Source of the DNA: Naegleria gruberi
Lineage: Eukaryota
Direction: 5' to 3' (one strand)
NCBI GenBank assembly: GCA_000004985.1
Contig: GG738858.1
Length of the DNA: 64,000 bases
The notes below the pieces were generated by a model. That model made no database searches and was not told the DNA's origin. It worked only from the letters and a program-made list of their open reading frames with translations. The position numbers were made by a program, and so were the translations under genes. This document shows, piece by piece, positions 1 to 9,221 of the stretch (the stretch's first letter is position 1; each line of letters opens with the position of its first letter).

Positions 1-1086
1 GGAAAGACAACGCTCATGAATAGAATACTTGGAAATGCAAAACAAATTGCAATGCAATACATTCATAACGATATTTTAAACAATATTCGAAAGGTCTGCG
101 AAAAGTGTGTCAATACTCAATCCATTTCGTCTCGTTTACATCAGCAATACCTTTCGTATTGCAAAACACTGATTGAATCAGCTCCCAAGAAAGACTTGGA
201 ACAGTCACCAACCAATTCGAAAACAATGAATTCATTTCCATCAAAATCTTCACCAGCTTTGCTTGTTCCAAAAACGGCAGAAATGATCATTGATTTATGG
301 ACGAATTGTTTAGTTTTCAAAGAAACTTTTGACAAGTATAGGGATGAATTGAATGTGAGTGATTCGTGTGAATATTTCTTCAATTCTTCAACGTTGGATC
401 GATTGTGTAAGGCTTCGAATATTCCCAATTTTGAAGATTCTCTTCGTATTCGAATGGAAACTAAAGGAGTCGATACAAGAAAAGTGTACTATAGTGAAAC
501 AGAAGGATTTCCAAAACTCCAACAACTAGCTATGGATGAGAAATTCCTCAAACAATATCCTAACTGTATTTCTGTATTAGATTTTGGTGGAAATTGCCGA
601 AAGAAATGGAAAGGTTACTTCCACAACATTACATTATGTGTATATTTAGTCAATTTAAGTTCGTTTAATAAGAAATCAAAAGAAAATCCAGAAAAGAATG
701 AACTTGTTGATAGTTTAGAACTGTTTGAAGAAATGGTCAACCATGAAAGTTTCAACAATATTCCAATTCTTCTCCTATTTAATAAGGTCGAGAGATTTTC
801 AAGTCTAATTGAGAGTGGAAATGATTTATGTAAAATATTTCCAGAATATGAGAATAGAGGGCAATCTGCTAAAGAACGAATTGAATCTTCCCTTTCTTTT
901 CTAAAATTGAAATTTGAATCAAAAGCTTGGTCAAGGAAAGATTATTTACATTGTCGATTTGTTTCATTGCTGAATAATCAGGATTCCAATCAAGTGCTCA
1001 TGGAAATGCTAACACTAAGTAAATTACTGAAGGAAGATTTTGTTTCAGATAATATTGACAAGAAGAAGAATTGTCTCATCATGTAA
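1..1086 (+). CDS. G-alpha-like GTPase, paralog 1 (5'-partial, runs off window start) with C-terminal CaaX box
   Basis: Open in frame from nt 1 (GKTTLMNRIL = end of a P-loop) to TAA at 1084-1086. Has a helical-domain-sized insert after the P-loop, DFGGNCRKKW (switch II-like) and LLLFNKVERF (NKxD-like). Clear paralog of the complete gene at 2747-4124 (same order of motifs, same KKKxCxIM tail). Ends ...KKKNCLIM. Confidence 0.7.
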   Translation, partial: GKTTLMNRILGNAKQIAMQYIHNDILNNIRKVCEKCVNTQSISSRLHQQYLSYCKTLIESAPKKDLEQSPTNSKTMNSFPSKSSPALLVPKTAEMIIDLWTNCLVFKETFDKYRDELNVSDSCEYFFNSSTLDRLCKASNIPNFEDSLRIRMETKGVDTRKVYYSETEGFPKLQQLAMDEKFLKQYPNCISVLDFGGNCRKKWKGYFHNITLCVYLVNLSSFNKKSKENPEKNELVDSLELFEEMVNHESFNNIPILLLFNKVERFSSLIESGNDLCKIFPEYENRGQSAKERIESSLSFLKLKFESKAWSRKDYLHCRFVSLLNNQDSNQVLMEMLTLSKLLKEDFVSDNIDKKKNCLIM

Positions 1087-1187
1087 CTCTCAAACTTAAA
1101 GTTTCAGTAAAGTTCACTATTAAGATGAGGAAGCATCTCTTAGAAATTTAATATTTAATTGAGAGTGTTTAATTTACAGTTTTACAA

Positions 1188-1828
1188 TTAAAAAACCAGC
1201 ATCAAAGCCCAAACCAATACAACAGTCATTGAAACCACAATACTATTTGCAGCACTCTTACATAAAAACAATTGAGGGTGACCAACTTGATAAATATCTG
1301 AGCAGCTACCAAGCATATCCATCTGTTGCCATGTACAACTTGTTTTTTCACAATTACTAGAATCACAATAAGATAGGCCATAACAGTGAGCATCAGCTAT
1401 TGCGTATTTTTTGATTAGAGGAAGATAAACACATTTACCAATTTGGAACTTATTAATCTCAATAATCTTATCACCATTAAAATGACAATAATCACCAACT
1501 TCAAAATCATGAATAGACCACCACCCAATTTCAGAAAAATCAGCTGGTAATGGATATTTATCTCCATCATAGCATGTTGTGGCGTTCTTCCAACCGAACG
1601 AGCTTGGATAAGAATTAATGCAAGCAGGATTGTTGTTACACAATTATCGTCAACATGATATCTATAGTGAACGATATTAGCATCGGATGAACATGATGCA
1701 GTATTATAAATTTTGGTTAAAGCAAGAGAAGCATCACCTGCCTTAACATGTTGAAGATTTTCCATCAAGTCTACTACAACCATAACAGAAACTAGTAAGG
1801 CACAGAGGTTTTGAACATGTGAGGACAT
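1188..1828 (-). CDS. Cysteine-rich secreted / GPI-anchor-like protein; two exons (or frameshifted)
   Basis: ATG at 1828-1826 followed by hydrophobic signal peptide (LCALLVSVMVVV). Downstream frame (1188-1586) encodes more than 12 Cys and a C-terminal hydrophobic tail (VVSMTVVLVWALMLVF). The two frames are reconciled by a 53-nt intron 1587-1639 (GTAACA...GGAAG), giving ...HVDDNC|NATTCYDGDKYP...; alternatively a frameshift. Confidence 0.4.
1587..1639 (-). other. Putative spliceosomal intron (53 nt, GTAACA..AG)
   Basis: Only GT..AG interval of 40-140 nt that joins the signal-peptide frame to the Cys-rich frame with correct phase. Confidence 0.3.
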
Positions 1829-2746
1829 TTTTTTTAAGCATGTTGAATTTAATTGTAAAATTTCGAATCTCCCATTTATGGATATTTTGAATATTAATTA
1901 CAGGGTTGTGTTTTTGTAAAAAGTTCATCTGCTTAAATCTCTCCATGACCTTAATGCCCACAGGCAAAACCACTCACAACCATACGGTTGCGACTATTAT
2001 TCATGGTTCATTACCATGGTCGGTATTTTAAGTTTTGACCAAGCCATTCCTTACTGCATATAATTGATATGCTCCCCTTAACAACTTTTCAAGCAACAAG
2101 TTCAAACAATATTGAGATATTGAGCAAAATCTTTAAGAAAGACAATTTCCTCACACAATTAAATAGTATGGAATATATTCCAATCAATCACATCAATATC
2201 CCTATTCACAAGCTGATTTTCAATAAAAAACTGGAAAATTGACTTGAAATTTGACTTGTTCCTTAGAAATTCAAAGAAACTTGTTGAATCTGTGTGAAAA
2301 TTCAAAATTTACCTGCAACTATCAAAATTTTGGTTGAGTTTTTAATAAGGGCCTTTCTCTTTTAGTGAACTAAATTAATGGACTCAGTTCTGTAATGTTC
2401 TTATAAGTTTCGTTTGGAAAATTCTCTATTTTATTCTAAAGTCAAACAGAATGCAACAAAATATTGTATTTATTGGCCAATGCTCTTCGCATGAATGTTA
2501 AAGGTTTCTTTTCTCCGAACTTGCAACCATATAATACTCTTAATGAGAAACCATGAGTTTCGAATGAAAAATAGCTAAACCTTAACAACCATGGATTTCT
2601 AACCACAATTTTATAAGCAGTCCTTATTTAGAAAGTTGGTCAATGTCAAAATCGGCACTATTTTCCCAATGGAGGAACGAAAATAAATGTTATTCATGCG
2701 AGTTGGACTAAACCTTTCGGGTAGATTTACTAACAAAAAAAAAGAG

Positions 2747-4124
2747 ATGCTTCGCTCCACAGGTGATCGTTCTGAAGTCGATCTAGACGAAATGCTAGAG
2801 CAAGATCAAGCTAAAATACTTTTATTTGGTTCAGGTATGTTGTAATGCAAGCCAAATAGATTAAATTATTATTCGAAACTTAGGCGATAGTGGCAAAACA
2901 ACCTTGTTAAAACAAATTCACGGAATGACATTTTCCAAATATTACAATCCAACACGTCTCGTGGGATCCATTGTTCAAGACATTCTCAAGAATGTAAGAT
3001 TAGTTTGCGAGAGATGCATCGAGGGAGGACAGATTAGTCAGGAAGAGTTTTCACAATGTGACTATATCATTCAGATTGCAAAATCAACGAATAGCACCTC
3101 CACACCAAAGAAATCCACAAGCACAACTCAGGATTCACCACTTCCTAGCTCACCAATCAACACGCCAGATAAGAGATCAAGTTATGGAGCTAATGCATCA
3201 TCACCTGTTGGTGGTGGTGGACATGGTGCTTCACCTGGAAGTGGAGCTGGATCACCATCTCGCATGAATAACTTGGTGAGTAAGATGGACGATGATTTGC
3301 CTGATAAGATTCTGAGATTATTGAATCATTCAGAAATATTTAGGAAAACTGTCGAATCATGCAGGGAGAATGAAAGATTGTCGGATGGAATTGAACATTT
3401 TTTGTTAAATTCATCAAATTTGAGAAGAGTTTGTGAGTTTAATTATGTTCCTTCGATAGCAGATATTGTATATTCAAGACAGAAAACAGTGGGTCTCATA
3501 GAAACGAGTATAAGATATCATGAAGTTGATGGATTTCCAAAGAAGGAAATTCACAACTTTAACGATTTGGAAAAACAATTTCCTAGAACCTTAAAACTTG
3601 TTGATACCGGTGGTCAATCATCTGAAAGAAGAAAATACAAGAATGTTTCATTTAGTAGTGTAAGAGCCTGTGTTTTTGTGGTCAACATGTCAGGTTTCAC
3701 TAAAAGTCTATACGAGAATGAGAATGTTAATGATCTGATTGATTCCATTGAACTTTTCAAAGAGTTATTCAATCAGCCATTCTATGAAAATGTACCAATA
3801 CTATTACTATTCAATAAGATGGACATGTTTAGCTATCAAATTCAGAAAGGAAAAGATTTAAGTTCTCTCTTTCCAGAATTTGACAATAATGCAACGATTT
3901 TAGAGGAAAAAGTTGATAACTCTCTCAAATTCCTATTCAAAAAGTACAAGGATACTCTAAATTCTAATCCAATACGAGTGCAATACATGCCAACCGCTCT
4001 AACTGATTTGAAAGATGCTCAGAAAGTATTCGAAAGAGTTATGGAACTGAGCGAATTACTAACTTGTCCCGAAAGAAACAATGAAATGACTTCTAATGAT
4101 AAGAAAAAGTGTACCATCATGTAA
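2747..4124 (+). CDS. G-alpha-like GTPase, paralog 2 (complete, 2 exons) with C-terminal CaaX box
   Basis: ATG 2747. Exon 1 2747-2834 (MLRSTGDRSEVDLDEMLEQDQAKILLFGS-G), exon 2 2884-4124. Splicing restores the P-loop LLFGSGDSGKTTLLKQIHG. Switch I SRQKTVGLIET, switch II LVDTGGQSSERRKY, NKMD box (LLLFNKMDMF), helical insert between P-loop and switch I. TAA 4122-4124. C-terminus ...KKKCTIM (CaaX). No N-terminal MGxxxS/MGC lipidation motif. Confidence 0.8.
2835..2883 (+). other. Spliceosomal intron (49 nt, GTATGT...CTTAG), phase 1
   Basis: Splits Gly codon G|GC. Removal creates the canonical GxxxxGK(T/S) P-loop. Confidence 0.8.
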
Positions 4125-4148
4125 AATAAATATAATTCTCATTCATAT

Positions 4149-5828
4149 TTATTGAGATGGAGTTGAAGGATTCAACCATGGTTTAGTCACTCTTGATACT
4201 GCCTTTTCAGATTGGAGGAAGGAGAGCAAGAGGCCATAATTAGTGATTGGAACACCTGCTTTGGATAGGTCAGAGAGACGGGCATTCATCTTTTGCTTAT
4301 CAATCATACATCCTCCACAGTGAATAATGAGTTTGTATTGGGAGAGATCCTTAATAAGCTGATACTCTCTGCCAAAGACAATATCCACCTTGATATTTCC
4401 CTGTCCAAATCTTTTTTCAATTGCTCTTGGTATTTGAACAGTACCGATATCATCTGCAATTCTGTTGTGATTACAAGCTTCACAGAGTAAGACTGAATCG
4501 CCTGGTTGGAGAGCTTTGAATGCTTCAATTCCTTTCAAAAATTCTGAAAGTCTTCCATTACTCATAAAGTTAATCATAATGACACTGAATGTAGTGATAT
4601 CAATAATACTCTCCTTTGTTGCCTCATCAATAGTCCATGGATGCACAATATCCATAGCTTGCGAGTCGGTAATTAAGAGTTGTAATTTTCCATTTGAATT
4701 AAGAGTTTTGATGGCTTCGAGGAATCTCTTCTTCTCCTTTTCCACAAGCTCCTTATCCGAACTTCTTGCATGTTTCAAATTCATTCTATATGAAAATACA
4801 TTGCTATACTCCCTGAGTAAATATTCATGAACCATGGCTTGAGGTTTGAGTAATCTACCAGATGGTGTCTCCTCATCCATTGGAATATTCAAAAATACAG
4901 TAGAGTTTTCCATTAAATTTGGAAGTAATCTTGTTGGATACATTGGAGTAGAGCTTGCCTTCATTTTACTCTTCTTGTGGCAATCTTCAATGAACTTGAT
5001 ACATTTGGTGTGAGCAATTTTTGATTCCAAATCCACACATGTAGTTCCACAGAAGTACTTATTCATTTGAACATTTCCCTGTTGCTCAAATTCATTGACT
5101 TTCAAATCAGTTTCAATCGAATCCAGCTTATCACTCAAACTCTCCACAGATGATCTCTTCAACTCGGAAACATTGAATATAATACAGAATGGTCTTTCAT
5201 TCTTTTCACACTCACCAGTCAACCATTTGGCTTGTTGAACACTGCTACCATTGAAAGGATCCACCACTACAACCACAATATCGGACTCTTTAAGGGCAAT
5301 CAGTGTTTTTTGTCTCTTCTTTTCGCCAAGATCTGATGCCTCATCAGTACCTGGTGTATCAAATAACTTTGTTGGACCAATACCGTGCAACTCCATAGTT
5401 GTCATCTTTACATCAGCAGTTGTACCAGGTGTAGAATCCACAATACTAGTATTTGAATTGGTCAAACAGTTCATCAGAGTTGATTTTCCACTATTCATAG
5501 CTCCAACAATTGCAATATTTGTCCTTTCAATGTAAATCGAGCCAATATTATTAGCACTATCACTTAAACTCACTCCAGAATGGAATAATTGTTTAGAATT
5601 CATTGAAAATTCCTTCATCATTATCTTTGTATTCATCATCATTTTCCATTCCGATGATCTTTTCACAGCTGATAATAATGGAAAATCCAACAATGAATTA
5701 CATTGTTGTATTGGCAATGATCTCCTCACAAGAGGTGAGGAACACAATGTTCGGATCAAGTGTTGTTGATGTGATTTCATTTTTTTAAAGTGCTTTTTCA
5801 TAAAACTAACCTTTTTAGTAACTTTCAT
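4149..5828 (-). CDS. hydF: HydF-type [FeFe]-hydrogenase maturation GTPase
   Basis: GTPase motifs G1 GAMNSGKST, G2 TPGTT, G3 DTPG. C-terminal FeS-cluster signature LLCEACNHN ...(45 aa)... IIHCGGC matches HydF CxHx(44-53)HCxxC. About 90-aa basic S/R/L-rich region precedes the GTPase domain (possible organellar presequence; true start may be an internal Met of the 5828 ORF). Confidence 0.85.
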   Translation of the reverse strand: MKVTKKVSFMKKHFKKMKSHQQHLIRTLCSSPLVRRSLPIQQCNSLLDFPLLSAVKRSSEWKMMMNTKIMMKEFSMNSKQLFHSGVSLSDSANNIGSIYIERTNIAIVGAMNSGKSTLMNCLTNSNTSIVDSTPGTTADVKMTTMELHGIGPTKLFDTPGTDEASDLGEKKRQKTLIALKESDIVVVVVDPFNGSSVQQAKWLTGECEKNERPFCIIFNVSELKRSSVESLSDKLDSIETDLKVNEFEQQGNVQMNKYFCGTTCVDLESKIAHTKCIKFIEDCHKKSKMKASSTPMYPTRLLPNLMENSTVFLNIPMDEETPSGRLLKPQAMVHEYLLREYSNVFSYRMNLKHARSSDKELVEKEKKRFLEAIKTLNSNGKLQLLITDSQAMDIVHPWTIDEATKESIIDITTFSVIMINFMSNGRLSEFLKGIEAFKALQPGDSVLLCEACNHNRIADDIGTVQIPRAIEKRFGQGNIKVDIVFGREYQLIKDLSQYKLIIHCGGCMIDKQKMNARLSDLSKAGVPITNYGLLLSFLQSEKAVSRVTKPWLNPSTPSQ

Positions 5829-5971
5829 TATCTAAAAAGAACTCGACAGAATTTTGTAAAATTGCTGCATTCTTTACAATTAGAGAATCCTATTATTTCA
5901 ATAATAAGTTATGAATTTAATCTAGATTTCATTTTGGTTACTGTTTTGAAAATGCTGAAAATAATTCAAAT

Positions 5972-7462
5972 TTAGAAGGATAGGTTGAGAATGGATATTT
6001 CTGGTGGGCAGAATAATCGAAGAGGATAATGACTTCCTAAACCAGCAGAGGTGTGAATAAATTGTCTCCTCTCGATTTTGTAAGTTCTGTAAATGAGTTT
6101 GATTTGATAATCATCAGCCGAGTCGACTACATCAATATTTCTAGCTTGTTGTTTGTGATGATGGAGCACACTGTCGATGAGTGTAGAATCGTCCTGCAAT
6201 CTCAATTCATATAGACCAACTCCCCATTCCCAATACTTGCAAACATTCAATAGTCTTTGAACAATTCTCAATCCACTAATTCGTTGCCTTACAAATTTCC
6301 ACAGAGTAACCTTCTTGTAAATGAAAATAATTATTGGAATTATAGGAAGGTAGGTGAATATTCCTTCATTCATCTGATGAACCTGTTCATAGGAAAAATG
6401 ATGTTGAACAAAATGATCAAATGTTGCTTCCTTTACACTAAGTTTCCAAAAGAGTCCTAGTACGTTTTTCAGAATTATTGAAGGTATTGGTAATGTCACT
6501 TGGCCACCTAAATATTTGATAAATGAAATATGTTAAATATGTTAAAATTTAAAGAAAATATCGAACATACCATGAGTGTGTCCACACAAAACCAAATCAA
6601 AATGGAAAACGTCATTCTTAATCCAAGCAACAGTGTCTGGGTTGTGGCTCAATACAATTCTCAAAGTATTCTCCTTGATAGGACTCTCGTTCATTTCCTT
6701 TACAATTTTATGATAATTATCCCAATAGAGTGGACTGTAAAAATCTAAAAATCCCCACAACTCAATATCAAACTTGAATTCCTTAGTTTCCTTTGTAACT
6801 TTAGCAAAGAATTGATGATTATTAGCTTTTGAACCAGCATCTAATATTGTGACAGCTCTTGATAATTTTTTGATTACCTCCTCCTTATCGAGAGGATGGG
6901 TCTTACTCTCATCATGATTTCCTAACACTGCAAAAACTCCCAACTCTGAATATTTTGATAATTTAGAGAAGAAATTATCCACAACCCAATCCACATCAAC
7001 CTTGTAAAATTTATCAACAAAATCTCCAGTCAATACTATCATGTCAATATTTGGAATGTATTCAATTTCCACAAGAATATCCTTCAATTGTTGTTTGCTA
7101 ATCTTATGATATCGAACGTGTCGTCTCAACCAATACCAACAAGCCCAGATTTTAGTATAATACGAACCTGCTGATCCCAACCAATCTGGAGGATCTGCAT
7201 AATAATCAAAATGAAAATCAGTCAAATGTAATATTTTCAGTCGGCGTCTATTTACATGATTAGTTTTCAAGAAGGAAATTGCATCTACATCAGACAAATT
7301 AATATAATGTTCCTTGATATATAATTTACTAAACACATTCAACAATGGAAAGGTAATCCACTTGAATAATTGTACCAAAATTATTAAATATTCATATAAC
7401 AACATTCCGATCACTGATAAAAACGTTATGTTTCCATGTTTCTGCTTTGATAGTTTTTTCAT
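5972..7462 (-). CDS. Calcineurin-like metallophosphoesterase with N-terminal transmembrane segments (YkuE/TMPPE-like), 2 exons
   Basis: Motifs LHLTDFH, VLTGDFVD, VLGNHDE, LCGHTHG. Exon 1 7462-6571, exon 2 6507-5972. Splicing turns GHTHG|...|GQ into the canonical GHTHGGQ. Two hydrophobic helices at the N-terminus (LSVIGMLLYEYLIILVQLF). Confidence 0.8.
6508..6570 (-). other. Spliceosomal intron (63 nt, GTATGT...TTTAG), phase 1
   Basis: Donor immediately after CAT G; acceptor followed by GT GGC CAA, giving HG-GQ. Confidence 0.8.
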
Positions 7463-9221
7463 TTTTTTTTAATTTAAAAATCAAGAAATGTAGTTGAATG
7501 ATCAATTTCGATTTTTCTTATTTGCAAATATTATTGTAAATAGATTCAAGTAGTTGAAGCTCTAGTTGAAATACTACGTGTTTTCAATATTGTTGTGTGA
7601 TCATTGGAAAATAAAACGTGTCTTTTCCAGATTGTGGAAAATTCAATGCCTCGAATACTATGGAATATTGATCAATTTCTCATATTTATATATTTGAATA
7701 GGAGTATTGGAAGATTGGACAAGTTTTAAAGGTCAACCAAGAGTTTCACATGTGATGATGTTGAACAGTCCAGTCCCGTTGTATTTAAAATTTTTACATC
7801 TTCAAGTGACCTTTAGCATGCTTCATGAGATGAGCTGTTTTTTTCACCTTTGAAATCTTAAATGGTAAATCTTCTCCAAAAAGTATCTGTAAATATATGT
7901 ATCTGTCAGAGTCCCCCATAGCCTTTTGGAGATTTGAAACATATTTGTAACTATCTTCTATTCTTTTATTTTACTTGACGCTTTTAGATATAATGACGTT
8001 TTTATTTTGTTTCCGTTACACGTTTCCCTCTCCAAGAACCTCACAATTTGTTCGGCCGTTACGTTTCTAATATTATTTTTAATTAATTTTTTGTAACGGT
8101 CTTGAGTATTTTCATCTTCTGATGGCACGGAAGGAGAATAATTTGCTGGATTATTTGTCTTGAATTAAAGAATAATGGAAATGTATCTCAGGATAATATT
8201 CCAAATACTGGTGGTGTCTAGGGTGGTGTAGCTTCATCATTGATGAATTAATTACATTCCCTGCTGTTGATATTGTTGCCGATAGATGTTGTGAATTACA
8301 AAATCACTCATTTTTTTATCGTGTCAACCTCACTATACATAAAAGTCATTTTACAGAGTGTTCGTCGCATGGGGGACTCTGGTATCTGTTGAAAGTTATA
8401 CAGTAAAATTTTGTAATCCATCTCATTGTCTTCAATTTTACCTTTGAAAATGGTAAAACTCAAGATTCAACGATTTTCTCTGAAGAGACACTACCAACTA
8501 AAAAGGTGACCAAGAAAACGTTGAAAACCAACAACAGAAAATTGTAAATGAAAGTCATGGAAAATTACCAAGCGAAAATGCATAATAAGAACACGGAACT
8601 CGATATTGTTCTTTCACTGAAACATGCAACTTAAAAGTTTATTAAGAAGGCATAAGCTGGTGTACTCTCTAATTCAAAGATAGAAGACATGCAGGCTGAG
8701 TTGTGCAGATGAAAAATTGCGCGGTTCTTTGTGTTACTCTGTTTGGTCTCACTCTCCTCATCCATCATAGATCCAAAAAAAACGCAGGAGCAAAACAGAA
8801 AGCAAACACAGTGAGGGTTCTTCTTTGCTGATGGAAAATTAAAAACACAACAACAGAAAAAAATTATTATTATCGCCTGTTCTCCTATTGAATAGCTTGC
8901 CTGCCCTAATTATAGTGGTGCTGTGCTGCTTGAGTATTCTTCTATTATTATTTTAAAAGTGTATGATTAATATATTATTTGGTGCATCAAACCAACAACC
9001 TCATTGTACACCAACAACAACAACACATTGTCTTCCTATCTTCAGAAGAAATTTTGTAAACGGAATAATTATCCATCAGAAGAAGAAGGATTTAAATTAT
9101 ATATTATCACTTGAAAATTATTGATATCTATTCACGATTTTGATTACACATTTCGATCGAATAATATATCTGAAACAACTATTTGTAAATAATCAGCAAC
9201 AACATCATCAAACACTTTCCT

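Noticed and set aside
1743-1973. 76-aa minus-strand ORF upstream of the Cys-rich gene
   Set aside because: Overlaps the signal-peptide exon region and start of the 1188-1828 gene in another frame; no domain; likely 5' UTR/promoter sequence.
3058-3267. Small internal or antisense ORFs inside larger genes (e.g. 3058-3267, 4293-4830, 5251-5535, 10130-10609, 24988-27144, 41761-42279, 53334-55607, 60075-61264)
   Set aside because: Fully nested in, or antisense to, long conserved-domain ORFs. Low-complexity or biased composition. No independent start context.
7463-9221. Possible gene or transposon in the 1.76-kb spacer upstream of the Myb gene
   Set aside because: No ORF above 60 aa with protein-like composition, no terminal repeats, no RT/transposase motifs. 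Treated as an extended AT-rich promoter region.
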